Shown: positions 1 through 12,984 of the stretch, one piece after another
How positions within the stretch are numbered: position 1 is the first letter of the stretch
How the letters are laid out: each line of letters begins with the position of its first letter
NCBI RefSeq assembly: GCF_036321535.1
Contig: NC_087437.1
Location: forward strand, 117,182,001 to 117,246,000
From: Camelus dromedarius
Taxonomy: Eukaryota
Direction: 5' to 3'
Length of the DNA: 64,000 nt
Notes under the pieces: model-generated
What the model saw: the letters and a program-made list of their open reading frames with translations, nothing else
Database searches by the model: none
What the model was told of the DNA's origin: nothing
Made by a program: the position numbers and the translations under genes

Positions 1-1260
1 TTCAGTGTCTAAGCAGGGGCCTTGCCCGCAGTACAGCCGTCAGGTACATTCCTGCTATCTGGATCAGGGTTTCTCCTCCCAGCGACGTCCTCTGGAGCAG
101 AAGGACCGCAGTCAGTACTGTGCGTTGTACATGTTTGTCAAGTCTCTTCAGTCTAGAAGGAGTCTGGGTTTTTCCTTGGCTTGCATGGGCTGACATTTCC
201 GAGTATCAGAGGGCAGTGATTTTGCTGAATGACGTTCCGTGGGCATCTCTGTCCGATGTCTGGTGGGGATGTCACATACAGGATGCTGTGTTCTCATTGC
301 ACCTCATCAGGTACTGTGGGCATTGATTTGGGCATGTACACTCATCATTAGGGGCAGGTGCCTGAGGAATTTTCAGTCCCCATGAGGCTGCCAGTGGACC
401 TCCCCGCACCAGTGCGCTCTTGTGGTCTTCTTGCTCTCCTGGGACCCACACCTGTCCCCATGGTTTGTCGAGCGCCACCTGGCAGCCACTGCCATCTGGA
501 GCCCCGCCACAGGTAGTGTTATGGCAGGTGTTGTGTGTGGGTGGGTGCATGGGGGATGCATCTGGGGACTGCGCGGCGGTGACCTTCACACTCGGGTCCG
601 AGTCCGCTACACCTGGGGAGGGCGCCTGGGCCGGCTGTCTCCCATGTGGGGCCTTGCTGTCAGAAGTGCCACTTCACAAACATTTATGCCTGTTGTTTCC
701 TCTGTGTATCTGTGGAAAACAACGAGTTCACCCCATGTTTCCTATTCTAACCCGGCACCACAGGGCTCACTCTAGTTCTCTCCCGATCCTTATTTCCAAC
801 TCCCTTTTCTGACAGCGAGAACACTGGCTCCCCTTTTCCTCAGTGTGTTTACTTGACTTACTCAGTTCTTTGTAACTGATCTGCCACCTCCACTACCTCC
901 TCCCCAGTATGGATGCCCGCTGCCCCTCTGGGCTCTGACAGAGTGTTCTGCTGGGTGCCTTCCTCCCCTCACCCTGACTCTCGTCCCAGGCAGCCCCTCT
1001 GCGGGAATACCCTCCCCACTGCACCACCAACTCATCCCTGACATCTGCCATCCTGAAGGGAAGAGAATGTACGGTCCTTGTCACCTGAATGCAGCTCTGA
1101 GAATGGCATCGGTTTTCACTTTATAATCACAATTTTACACCTAAAGTGAAGGATACGTGTGTACGGGAGCCATGCATGGACATACATGCGAAAGGAAAAA
1201 CATAGCTGAGTAGAGACTCGCCTGGGAGGGAGTTCTTGTTTTTGTGGTTGTTGTGGGTAG

Positions 1261-1290
1261 CAGGACCAGGACCAGGACCAGGACCAGGAC
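1261..1290 (+). repeat. (CAGGAC)5 hexamer microsatellite in GET1 intron 1
   Basis: Five perfect CAGGAC units read directly from the sequence. Confidence 0.9.
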
Positions 1291-1428
1291 GAGGCAGCAG
1301 AGCCTGGCTCTGGAGGTAAAGGGCAGCTTGCCCAGCAGGAAGGAGCAGCGGGGTAGCATGGTGGAGGAGGTGAGGGGAAGGTGTACCCCACGTGGAAAGG
1401 CACCAATCCCAGCTGTTTACTCCCCCAG

Positions 1429-1594
1429 ATGTCCAGGGTGCTGCAGAAAGATGCAGAGCAGGAGTCCCAGATGCGGGCAGAGATCCAGGACATGAAGCAG
1501 GAGCTCTCCACTGTCAACATGATGGATGAGTTCGCCAGATACGCCAGGCTGGAGAGAAAGATCAACAAGATGACGGATAAGCTCAAAACTCATG
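1429..1594 (+). CDS. GET1: GET1/WRB (tail-anchored protein insertase receptor) coding exon 2
   Basis: cccccag|ATGTCCAGG acceptor; encodes MSRVLQKDAEQESQMRAEIQDMKQELSTVNMMDEFARYARLERKINKMTDKLKTH, the WRB coiled coil; 166 nt ending in phase 1; donor is non-canonical G|GCATGG. Confidence 0.93.
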
Positions 1595-2454
1595 GCATGG
1601 AAACACTTGTGGCATGGAAAGCTTCTTAAGGGCTGATTAATAGAGAATTCTTTATGGAAAGATTCATAGCATATCTGCTTTGATTCTTGAGTGTTCTCAG
1701 TGTTGATAGGAAGTTTTAAGTTGTCTAGAAGGGACCCAGTAATAATGATTACTTTCTCCTTAGTTGCTGGTGAACATTTGCTTTCTAAATGGAGAAACAT
1801 CTAACATCCTCTTAGATTTTCTTCATTCTCTGTAGGTTGACATTTTCAAAATCAACACTTTTCTGAGAGAAGCCTAGAAAAATCCCATAGTGGATTCCTA
1901 GGGGCTTTTGTGAGCACTCTCTAAAAAATGCCTGGCGGTGTCCTTGTCTGAGTGTAGACTTCAGGGTAGGGATCAGGTCTTATCCAACTTTATGTTTGCC
2001 ACCGTTCCTAACAGTCTCTGGGGATGGAGAGCACTTTTGTTGGACGGCCCGTGTGCCGACAGTGTGCGTGGCTGTGGAAACATACAGCAGGGCCTGCCCA
2101 GGCCGAGACAGACTAGCCTCCCACCTGCAGATTAGTGTGCCATGTAGACTGGGACATCGGGGAGAAAAGTTAGTCCTGTTGGTAACTGCATTGTAAAAAG
2201 GATCTCTGATTTAGATGAATAGTTTTAAGATTTTTAAAGATTAAAGCCTCATATCTCATAGTCTGTGTGTGATTCTACTTTAAATAATGGCATAGCGGGT
2301 GACTTTTAAGAAATTCTATTTTATATTTTCTAGGTATATTGAGCACATACATAGTTAGAAAATATTTTATGAGAGGAAATAACACTTCTGTGTACTTGAA
2401 TATTTTCTTCATTTTTGAGGACTAATATGATCATCATCCTGGTTTTCCTTTCAG

Positions 2455-2522
2455 TGAAAGCACGGACAGCTCAGCTGGCCAAGATAAAATGGGTGATAAG
2501 CGTTGCTTTCTACATATTGCAA
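2455..2522 (+). CDS. GET1: GET1/WRB exon 3
   Basis: ttttcctttcag|TGAAAGCA ... TTGCAA|gtaagt; (V)KARTAQLAKIKWVISVAFYILQ; 68 nt. Confidence 0.96.
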
Positions 2523-3715
2523 GTAAGTGTCCTGTTGTGTCACCTGCAGCCGTTAAAGTTGATAATGGACTGTCCTCCAGAACTGTGTGGCCCCAGAAAC
2601 CAGGCCTGGGAATTCAGGCTTTTCCACTTCCAGCCGTGGGGTTGAATGGTCCTGCAGGCATGCCAACTCTCAACACTCTGAATTTATAAGTTAAACTAAA
2701 AAAGAAAAAGTCTTTCTTCCTTTTAGTCTCTTTAGCCTTTCTCGTTTAGAGTTGTTAAATATTGGATTTTTTTAGCAAACGAGCTTCTCTGGAGTCTTTT
2801 CATATCATCTTTATTTCAGTGCAGTGTTGGGAGCCTGGGCGACCAAGTGAGGAAGCTTATTTAGACATGGTGTTTTCAGTGACTTGGGCCGCCTCTTGTC
2901 ACATGGGGTGCGGACGCGTACATGAGTGTCCACGCTCCAGATGGGGGACACGCCAGTCACTGAAGTCCAGTATCACCGAGCCCCAACTTTCTTAGCCGGG
3001 GGATTTCTCCTTGTATCCTTTCCTGTGGGACTCTTCCTGCTGCTGCGTCCTCTAAGGTCCCGTGTCTGCTGCGTGTAGACTTCAGCGGCTGGTTTAAGTG
3101 ATCGCTGAGGTTCGTGCTGGTGTGATCTCTGCTGGGGTGAAGGATGCGGGCCCAGCCCCCCACTGCGCAGGCTGCTTGGGTAGATTTGAGTGCGTTGATC
3201 CTGAGGCACTGTCACTTTGATTCGAGGTAGGTTTCCCGGGGACAGGAGTTAAAAGCGAGACGCCCTCTTTCAGTTCTGCTCATTTGAGTGGCATAGGCCA
3301 CGAGGCGGATGAAAGACAGCTGAAGGAACGCTGCTGGGAACAGACGAGAAAGCCGCGGTTCTCCACCCGCCTTGAGACTTAGCAGGCTCGGCTCTGCACG
3401 TGGGCGCCGGCACTCGTGCGCGGATGGAGAGCTAGCTAACATCGCTGATGAGGCATGTTTAGCACAAGCTGGCTGCTTGAAGGAGATGCTCAATGAGAGG
3501 ACACCTGTCTGATGGGAGATCTTGCTTAATTTATCAGCTAATTTAACAGCGTGTGCACGTGAGCGGTGGCTGTGCCTGTGTGTCTGTTGGTCGACAGAGC
3601 TTGAGATCGTTGATTTGGAGAGTTTCCGTTGTTTGCTTTCACGTTTCCCCACCTTTCATAGCGGTCGGTTGTGCGACAGACAGGATGTTCCCACTCACCA
3701 GCCGTGTCTCTGCAG

Positions 3716-3830
3716 GCGACCCTGATGGTCTCACTCATTTGGAAGTATTATTCCGTCCCTGTGGCCGTGGTGCCGAGCAAATGGATAACTCCACTAGACC
3801 GCCTGGTGGCATTTCCTACTAGAGTGGCAG
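3716..3830 (+). CDS. GET1: GET1/WRB exon 4
   Basis: ctctgcag|GCGACC ... GCAG|gtaaga; ATLMVSLIWKYYSVPVAVVPSKWITPLDRLVAFPTRVA; 115 nt. Confidence 0.96.
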
Positions 3831-5219
3831 GTAAGAGGGTTCTGGAAACACAGTGGAAGAGCACGGACTGGCGTGTGTGGAGGTGTGTGGTGGGGACTCT
3901 GTCTGCGACGTCAGCCTGCCGCCCGTGGGCAGTGCCCTGTGTCTCAGCCCCGCACGAGGCCTGCAGTGAAGAAACTGACGTGTGGAGAAGCTCTTTAACT
4001 TGTCCAGTGCCACTGAAGTGTTCAGCAGCAGAGCTAGAGTTCAGCCCGAGCCTGCTCCCAGAACCCAAGCCCAGTTCCTGGGGTCTGATACCCCGTTTAT
4101 TGAAGCACCACCTCTAATTCCCAACTCCTGTGCTTCCGTCTCAGGGCCCACGATGCTTAGCCTGTCCGCAGCATTTACTGCTATCAGCCACTTTCATTTT
4201 TGAAAGATAATTTCTTTCAGATGTTAAAATCAGTATATGTTATTGTAGAATGATTAGAAATAAAAGAACAGTGAAAAAAAAGTCTCACTATCTATGGATA
4301 CCTCTTAACAAAAAGACTGTGGTATACCAGCTTTTTTTCTATCTGTTTTTATACAATAGAGGTCATCTGACACGGGAACACTTTTGCCCCTTTTACTTTA
4401 CGTTATGTATGCTTCTCCCGTATCAGTAAACTGCTGTGGATTAGGAGACTGGTGGTGCTGCTGGCTGTGCTGAGAGGACAGCTTAAGAAATTTCTTTATT
4501 AAGGGATTTTGAATAGCTGTTCTTCAGTTGGATGTACCCTAGTTTAACACGTCTCTCTGTTGAAGGATACTTATTTAGCTTCCGGACTTTTTGCTGTAGG
4601 GAATAGTGCAGGGCACATCCTTGTCGGTAGGCCTTTGGCTGCGATTTATGATAACGTGGAGGTGATTTCCTAAGCCAAAGGGATGACCGTTCCAAAGATT
4701 TCCAATTCAGTCACGCCCCCTGCCTCCCCCCCCCCCCGCCCCTTCCCCTTTCCACACCCACCCAGGAGGGCTCTGCTGGTGGTTCTCTGGGTTGCTGAGC
4801 CCAGGAGCAAGAGGCCACCCTTCCAGGCATCTTGCCCCTGGTCTTCCTGTCTCTCAGCCGTCAGAGGGGCAGGAAAGGTGCGGGCAAACTGCTTGGTGTT
4901 TATAGTGCTTTTGTGAGAAGGGAAGAACAAATTGTCAGACAGGGTGGTTTTACAATCTGTTAATCTCCTAAATACTATCTCTCTGGCAGGAAAGAGAGGT
5001 TCGAATCAGTGTTCATTGTTCTGACTAATTCCTGCTTAATAAAGGCAGCTCTGTGAATCAGTAGAAAGTCTGAACATTTTGCACCACGGAACGCAGTCTT
5101 AGCCCAGCAGGACTCAGAAAGAACTGAAGTGCTCTTACTGCCTGTAAATAAGGTAGCAGAGGCAGGAAATGTGGGCGCAACTCCGGGCATGCTCTTACCT
5201 TATATTTCCTCGTTTTTAG

Positions 5220-5293
5220 GTGGTGTTGGAATTACCTGTTGGATTTTAGTCTGTAACAAAGTTGTGGCTATTGTGCTCCACCCTTTCAGCTGA
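5220..5293 (+). CDS. GET1: GET1/WRB last coding exon
   Basis: gtttttag|GTGGTGTT; GGVGITCWILVCNKVVAIVLHPFS then TGA at 5291-5293. Confidence 0.96.
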
Positions 5294-6150
5294 AAAAGAA
5301 GTTGAATACAGCTCTGACACTTTAAAAAATGGATTTTCAGTTGGGAGGTTAAAAATCTGATTTATACTCTTTCATTGTTTTTTGTTTTTTAAAGGAAACA
5401 CAAGTTAGTTTTTTGGTTGAACGTGTTTGTTCTTGGGCTTTGTCAGATTCTCGTAAGAATCGTGAATTTGGGTATTTGTCATGACCCGTAAATGTCAGTC
5501 TCACACGTAAGCACCGTCCAGCATGACACCAGATTTGTAGTAAGAAATGTGTGACATTGTGGGAGGTGGCATTTTGTTACTTATGATTTACACTCTTGAT
5601 ATATTTTAAAGGTCACATTGACAGCTGGAAAGTCAAAGTTATTTAATAACTTAAGTACTTTAAAGACTTTGTGCTATTTTTAATCCTGACTAGAAAATAA
5701 CTTAATTTTAATACCACTACTAGAGTTTGAAAATTTATTTTTTAATCTCATGCAGAACTTCTGAGAGAATAACACTAACTGACATTGCTTGTGTTCTTTC
5801 CTTCCTCTTGTTTAAAATGTCATTTGTTGGGCAGGACTTCATTTAGTATTGTCTACTTATTCGAAGCTGTTAATTTTTCATTATTGTGTTTTATAAATGT
5901 ATTTCTGAGACCATAATGCATTGTTTTGTGCTTGAACTGTGTGTTTTATATTTAAAGCATTTCAAATGAAGGGTAATTTTAAAGCATTTAATATTTATAC
6001 TCTGTATAAGGAACAAAGTTTAAAAACAACCTAGGAAATCTGATTAAATTAATTTGAATGGATATACATTTGGCCCATAAAATTTAATTCTGCTAAGTAT
6101 TTTTAAAAACATTTTTTTCTAATTAAAGTTTCTGCAAGTGCTATGTGACT
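5294..6150 (+). other. GET1: GET1 3'UTR with candidate polyA signal ATTAAA at 6122-6127
   Basis: AT-rich sequence after the stop; ATTAAA followed by GU/U-rich sequence; exact 3' end is inferred. Confidence 0.55.
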
Positions 6151-8404
6151 TCTTTCCTTGTGGCCACATATTTGCTACGACCAGTCTGTGGCAGAGGACC
6201 ATACCCATTAACTAAGTGGGCCACAGCCACATAAAGCTGAATTCTGTCATCAGTTTTGACAAGGTCATTTTTGTATTCCTGTATTCTCTAATGGTGTAAT
6301 AAGTTCGTTATTATTTCTGCTAATTGTGCTGTGAAAGACAGTGCTGTACTGCGTTAGTTTATCGTCACCAGAGTGGGTTTCATGGTCCCCTCCCCTCTCA
6401 GACATACGGGCACCCAGTTGACTTAGCTTTGAGGAAGGAGGCGGAGCAGGGGACATGGCCGTATTTATAGCGGACAAGTGTCGTGGAGGACTCGGACACC
6501 AGCATCCCACATCCAGTCACCACACCGGGAACATTTTAGCCACCGAGGATGAGCAGCGACCTGCGGAGGAGTCGCCGCACGAGGAATCTGCAGGGGCTCA
6601 GGTCCCTTCAAGGCCACGCGCCCCACGCCTGTTTTTCGGGAGCTGCAGGCAGAAGTGGCAGGTCACACAGTGAACAGTCGGGTGGCCAGGGATGCGTGCC
6701 CGGGATGTCCTCGGACCACTGATCCGTGTAAAGCCTCCCTGACAGGACCCTTGTTTATCTGCTTACGGTATATTCTTTCAGTTAATCCTGCCAGGATTCT
6801 GACACGTTCACTAAGGCTGGGGGAAAGGATTTAGAGTTCACAGCTGCTAATTCTTTCCACGTTCATTAATAGTTTGTGAAGGTTAAGTAGGGGACATTTA
6901 AATATCCCTTGTGCTTCACATCATTGTGGTTTTTGAAAAATGGTGTTTGTTTTTAAATAGATAATAAACGTGGCACTGAATTCAGAAGATAGAGAAAGGG
7001 GTGTGATGAAGGTGCGTCTCCTGACCTGCTATCACCTGGCCCAGGTTTCCGGAATTTCCTGCTGTAACCAGTTCCTGCGGTTCTTACAGTGATATTCCTT
7101 ATGGTTATGAATACTGACGTGTGCTTTTAAAATAACTTTAAAAAATTATAAAAACAATACCTAAAAAAAACCCCACAAAAACTATTTGTCGCCTTTTTTT
7201 TTTGTTTTGTTTTTAATCCTGCTTGGAAAGTACAGAGAAGGAGGAAGGAAGCAGAGTCGCCTCCGACTCCACAGAACTGGGACTCCTGATGTCACGTTCG
7301 TGCCCTTCGCTCCTCTAAAGTTGTATAGATAGCTCTAGGTTTTGTGCTTCTATTAAAGGTCCAGGATCTAGTTTATGGCTGCATATGAAAATAGACATGT
7401 GTTTGATTTAAAGTACAGCTGAAGCTCTCTTCATGCAAGTTCGTTCTCCTTTCTATTTATGGTAAGTCAAGCAGGGAAATCTTTCTATTTGCAAATCCAC
7501 AGTCATTTCTGTCAGAGGTTAATATAGTTCTTCTGTTGCCACCGCAAGTGGGTGGAATGCTAACTAAACTCATTTACTCTTCCCTGACCTGGTCAGACTC
7601 TGGCCGCCCGTGGTTTTTCTTACACAAACATAGCTCTCTGTGGGGGCGGTGTGTGTGTGTGCGTGTGTGCGTGCGCACCCGGGCACGCTGATGTTCCTGT
7701 CAGTCTATATTTAATTGGCTTTAACACTGTATGAAGCCTTCTCTGGACCACCTTAGAGCATTGTGTTGTCTTTTTCCTTCCTCTCCTCACCTGAGCATCT
7801 TAAGTAGTATCAGTATGACTGATCTGCCACCTAATTGTGTATTGACTTGTGTCTGCTGTTACCTGTTTTTATTCCTAATGTTTTAGATGTTTTTGTGTGT
7901 GTGATAAAGGGTTTTCTTCCTGTGAATGCGGCAAGTGCCTTCAGGGTCACCGACTGTTTCTTGGCCTTTTTGTACCCCTCCCAGCATGTCTTTAGTAATT
8001 ACCCAGGAATATTTAATTAAAAAAAAAAAAAAAACTCAGGTAATCGTTTTCTACTAGGGCCATGTATACCTTTCACAGGAAGATTATTTTCATAGTTGAG
8101 GGGTTACCAATGAACACTTACTAGAATCTTGTAGGGTGCTGCTCTCTTACAAGTCTTCAGGACACAGCTGTTCGGTGGTGTCACCAGATCCAAAGCTCCG
8201 TGTGTGGTGCTCTGCACACCCTGCGGATCCCGGGGCAGACGGCTCATTTTCTCTCTGGGTTCACTGTTCTTGTTTGGGTGGGTCCGCTTTTCTGCCCGCA
8301 CATCGGCAGCACAAAGTGTGTGCATCCCTCTTTCCACCCTCAGAATACTGACTCCTGCCACTGAGTTCAATCTTAAATTGAATGAATATTGTGTAGCTTT
8401 TGCA

Positions 8405-9420
8405 GGTATGTTTGTTGTTGCTTGTGCTTTTGGTGTCATCTCTAAGAATCCACTGCCAGAGCCAAGGTCAAAGACTTACACCTATGTTTTTGTCTAAGAG
8501 TTTTAGCTTTTACATTTAGGTCTTTGGTTCATTTTGAGTTAATTTTATATACAGAGAGGGGTAAGGGTTCAACTTTATTCTTTTGTATGTGGATATCCAG
8601 TTGTCCAAGCACCATTTGTTGACGAGGTTATTTCCCCATTGAGTGGTCTTGGTAACCTTGTCAAAAGTCAGTTGACTGTCGATACGTGGGCTTATTTCTA
8701 GACTGGCAGTTCTATTCCATCCACGTGTCTGTCCTCACACCTGTTCCCCAATGTTTTGATTACTGTTACTTGGTAATAAGTTTTGAAATTGGGGAGTATG
8801 AACCCTCCAGTTTTGTTCTTTTTAAAGATCGTTTGGCAATACTAGGTCCCTTGCAATTCCATATGGATTTTAGGATCAGCTTTTCAATTTCCACAAAGAA
8901 GTTAGCTGGGATTCTGTAGGGGCTGCTGAGTCTGTCAGTTTGGGGAGTACTGCCGTCTTAACGACATCAAGTCTTCCAACCCCTGAACATGGGTGCCTTT
9001 CCATTTATTTAGATCTTTAGTTTCTTTCAACAGTGTTCTGTAGTTTTCAGATGACAGGTTTTGTACTTATTTTGTTAAATTTATTCATTAAGTATTTTAT
9101 TCTTTTCAATATGATAAGTGGAATTGTTGTGAAGTTTAATTTCAGGTTTTTTGTTACGAGTGTATAGAAATTGATACTTGTACATTGATCTTGTTTCATG
9201 CAACCTTCAGAACTCATTTAGCAGTTTCAGTAGTTTTTTAGTGGATTCCTTAGCATTTTCCATGTATAAGACCATGTCACCTGTGAACAGAGAGAGTTTT
9301 ACTTCTTCCTTTCCAATGAACACTTTTTCTTCTTTTGTGTGCCTAACCGCTCTGGGGGAATGTCCAGTATGATGTTGAGTAGAAGTGATGAGTGTGGACT
9401 CACCTCTCTTCATCTGGTTT
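8405..9420 (-). mobile_element. L1 LINE ORF2 fragment (degenerate)
   Basis: Minus-strand peptide IGKEEVKLSLFTGDMVLYMENAKESTKKLLKLLNEF resembles the L1 RT FADD region; typical antisense L1 DNA phrases. Confidence 0.85.
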
Positions 9421-10319
9421 TGGTGTCAGGGTTCTGCAAGCCTTGTGAGAGTGAGCCAGAGAGTGTTTCTCCTGGTTTTGTATCCTGGGCCAGGTTGCTT
9501 AAGGTCTGAATGATTGACTCTTTGCAGGTATGTTGAACTTGCTGGTAAAAGCTGGGTTTTCTCTTATTTTTATTGGGAGGTTTTTAACTCCTGATTTCAG
9601 TTTCTTTAGTGATTGTAGGGTTATTCAGTTTAATGTTTCTTCTTGAGTCATATTAGGCATCTTAGTGTGGGGATTTATCTATTTCTTCTCAACTTCCAAA
9701 TATACTGGGATACAATTGTAAATGCTCTGTATGTGATGGGAAATACAAGCTTTAAAATTGTGGGGGGTGGTCTTCTGTGTGTGTGTCCATTAGGTCAGAC
9801 TTAACCAGTATCTTACCCAAATCCTTATCTGTAGTTACACTACTGCTCTTTTATTTGCTGAGCTGTCCATTACTGATGAAGGCACTGTGATGTAGACTTG
9901 CAGTTATGTCAAGTTTTGCTGTGTGCTTCTAAGTTATTTTTAAATGTATGTATGTGTAGGACTCATGTGGCTTCCTAGTGGATTGGGCTCTTTTCTACGG
10001 TAACCTGTGTTTTCTCCAGTAATAATTTTTGCCTTCAGGTCTGTTTTTTTTGATAAACACCAACTCTCATTTGAATGGCCTTTGCCTGGCAAGCCTTTTG
10101 TCTCCCCGTGACTTTCTGTATCTCAGTGGCTTAGATATATGTGTAGAGAGCACACAGCTGTATTTTAAAAATCCAACCCATATTGTCTTTTAACTGGAAC
10201 ATACTGAAATTACTGATATATTCGGATTTATGCCATATTATTTTGTGCTTTTATTTTTGTTTTTATTTGTTCCACTTTTTTCTGTTTTCTTTTTTCTCCT
10301 TTTCTGCTGTTTCAGGAGA

Positions 10320-11225
10320 ACCTGTAGTTCTTTCCTCCTCCTGTGTTTCTCCCGTGCGTCCCTTCACTGCTCACACAGAACACTCTCCTCCTGACACTTC
10401 TGATCACCAAATGTGTGCGGCTTTTACCCCATAACAAGCAATTCTCAGGGACACCAGTGGGTGTCCAACAAGTTAACTCAATTCTGACACTCTTTACCTG
10501 GCGAGATCATCAGATCCCACAGGTTAAGCCCATAGGACTGCTCCCCACTTCAGATGCCCGTCCCAAGTCCAGGTTGTCACCTGTGCCTCTGACTGATCAG
10601 CTGTAAGTCAGAGGGTCCCACGGCCCCCTCCTCAGGTTGGATTAATTTGCTAGAGTGACTCACAGAACTCAGGAAAACCGTTCACTTTCTGTTCACCAGA
10701 TAATTATAAAAGGATGTGGTAAAGGACAGAGATGAATGTGCAGAGGAAGCGATGTGTGGGGAGGGTATGTGGGAAGGGGCAGGAGCTTCTGTGCCCTCTC
10801 TAGGCACGCCAGTCTCCCCAAACCTTCACGTGGTCACCAACCCAGAAGCTCCCCACCCTGCACTTCTGGGATTTCGTGGCGGCTCCATCCCGTAGGCGCG
10901 GTCAATCATTAACTCCATTTCCAGCCCTTGTCCCCTCTTGAGAATGGGGGGCAGGGCTGCAAGTTCTAAGCTTCTAACCACGGCTTGTTCTTTGTGGCGA
11001 TCAGCTCCCATCCAGGAGCCACCCAGTCACCTCGTTAGAACAAAGGACACGCCTGTCACCCAGGGAGTGACAAGGGTTTCAGGAGTCCTGTGTCAGGAAG
11101 GGACCAGACGCTGGGACAAACGATGCTCCTGGTGCTCCTGTCACTTAGGAATTCCCAGGGTTCCAGGAGCTCCGGGCCGGGAAGCGGAGGCGGAGACCAC
11201 CATACATTTTCTATTATCTCACCAT
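10320..11225. mobile_element. Solo LTR, MER21-like
   Basis: Recognisable phrases (gacacttctgatcaccaaatgtgtg, gattaatttgctagagtgactcacagaactcagg); family assigned from memory. Confidence 0.55.
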
Positions 11226-11557
11226 TACTTTTGTTTTTCACGTCCCTCTGCCATACTTTTTGAAGTTATTTGATTTTTTTGTTTTAGTGCTTACACTAGA
11301 AAATTATCAATGTTTAAGTTAATATTTTACTGTCCCCATCCGCAGCGTAACCCTAACTTCCCTCCCATGCGCACCTGCGTGTAGTTAACGCGGTACAGCT
11401 ATGCTGGGCTCCAGCTTCCGTTTTTGTAACCCCTCGAGGCAGCACTTGTGTACAACAGTGATGTCTGTTTAGAATTACTCACACATTTGCCACTGTCTTG
11501 CATGAGAGATCTTTTATCTCAAAATACCCTCCTTCTGCCTGAGGTCTATGTTAGAAC

Positions 11558-11775
11558 AGGGTTAACAAACCACTATTTGAAAAACTAGGCAGCAGCTGGA
11601 CGTGGCCCGTAGGCGGCAGCGTGTCTGTTTTATTGGAACGTAGTCAGGCCCGTTTACACGTCGTCTGGGCTTTTTCCTGGTGCAGCGGTGGAGCTGAGCA
11701 ACGGTTATGACACAGGGTACCTGGCCCAGGCAGCCGAAAATATGTAGTATCTGGTCCTTTCCAGGAAAAGTTTGA
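11558..11775. mobile_element. MER58-like hAT MITE fragment
   Basis: cagggttaacaaac ... ctggtcctttccaggaaaagtttg termini resemble MER58. Confidence 0.5.
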
Positions 11776-11778
11776 TCT

Positions 11779-12464
11779 TGTCACCAAACTGGGTTTGGAT
11801 CCGCTTGCCCACGGCACAGCAAAGCCAACCTACTGACACCGGTTGTGATGAAGGAATGTACAGTGTTTATTTATTTGCAGGGTGCTGAGCAAGGAGAGTG
11901 GACAGCTTGAGCTCAGAGGACCCGAACTCCCCGATGGACGGCTTTTAGGGGAGGGTTTTTATCTTATGTTTTAATTAAATATGAGGGGAGTAGGGGAGGG
12001 TTTTTAAAGGCAACATTCAGGGTGAGGGTTGCAGCTCACGGACTTCCTTCTGATTGGTAACAAGGTGGTTCTGAAAAATTTAATCATTAGCCATCTGGTT
12101 CCAACCAGTCTGGTGTCCGCTGCTGTTGGTCAGTGTATGGCCACCAGCCTCCACCTGGGTGAGGGTCTTAGTTTCTGCAGAAGGACTCAAAGGTCTGCAT
12201 CAGATGGTTACGTTTATTCCTTGAGGAGGAACGGGAACTCTGTTTTACTGCTGACTGTTGTTTAAACTGTTGTTACTTTCCTTGCTTGATTGCTTTTCCT
12301 TTGTTTCTGCCTGCCTTCACGTCCCTAATTAGTAACTGCTCGAGTCTGCTCTTTGGAACTCTGGGAAGGCCTAGGCGACTAAAACCTTTTTCAATAAACA
12401 AGAAGCTGGGACATGGAGGGCCTTTTGTACCTGGGAGGGCCCCGCAGTGTCCTGCTGGGTCTCA
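11779..12464 (-). mobile_element. ERV1-type solo LTR
   Basis: TG...CA termini; near-TSD atct/gtct; minus-strand AATAAA near 11870. Confidence 0.7.
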
Positions 12465-12984
12465 GTCTCTGCTTTAGAATTTCCTTTGGAGAGGCTCTGA
12501 TGGTGGCAAACTGTTTTCACTTCTCTGAAAATACATCTCATTCTTTTTTCCCCCGAATATGGAATGCTTCACAAGGTTCATGTCATCTTTGTGCAGGGGT
12601 GGTGCTCGTCTTCTCTGAATGGTTCTAATTTTCACGTGTGTGCTGTGGAAGTGAGCTCTCCCTTATTGTTGGTACTTTCAGAAGGTGTATGATTCTGGGG
12701 TAACAGTGCTTCTGTCAGCCTGTTAAAAATACTGGCCAGTCTCCTGCCTCCTTTGTTGCTCCTGAGAAGTGCAGTTGCTGCGCCTTTGATGATAAGCTTC
12801 TTTTTTCTTGTAGGCGCTTTTAAGATTTTCTCTTTGTGTTTGGTGCTCTGCATTTTCATTGTGATCTAGCTGGGGGTGAATTTCTTTTTATTTCTGCTTA
12901 TTTCGTTTAGAGTTTATTAGGCTTTCTAAATCAACGGATTCATATTCTTTGTCAGTTCTGGAAACATTAGTCCTGCTCCATTCT

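Noticed and set aside
1261..1290. CRISPR-like or coding repeat (RTRTRT)
   Set aside because: Simple tandem hexamer without spacers in mammalian intronic DNA
1..1428. WRB imprinted DMR/CpG island known from human intron 1
   Set aside because: No clear CpG island in the visible part of the intron, and methylation cannot be read from sequence
1116..1800. 156-aa and 127-aa minus-strand ORFs
   Set aside because: Antisense shadows of GET1 exon 2 plus the CAGGAC repeat
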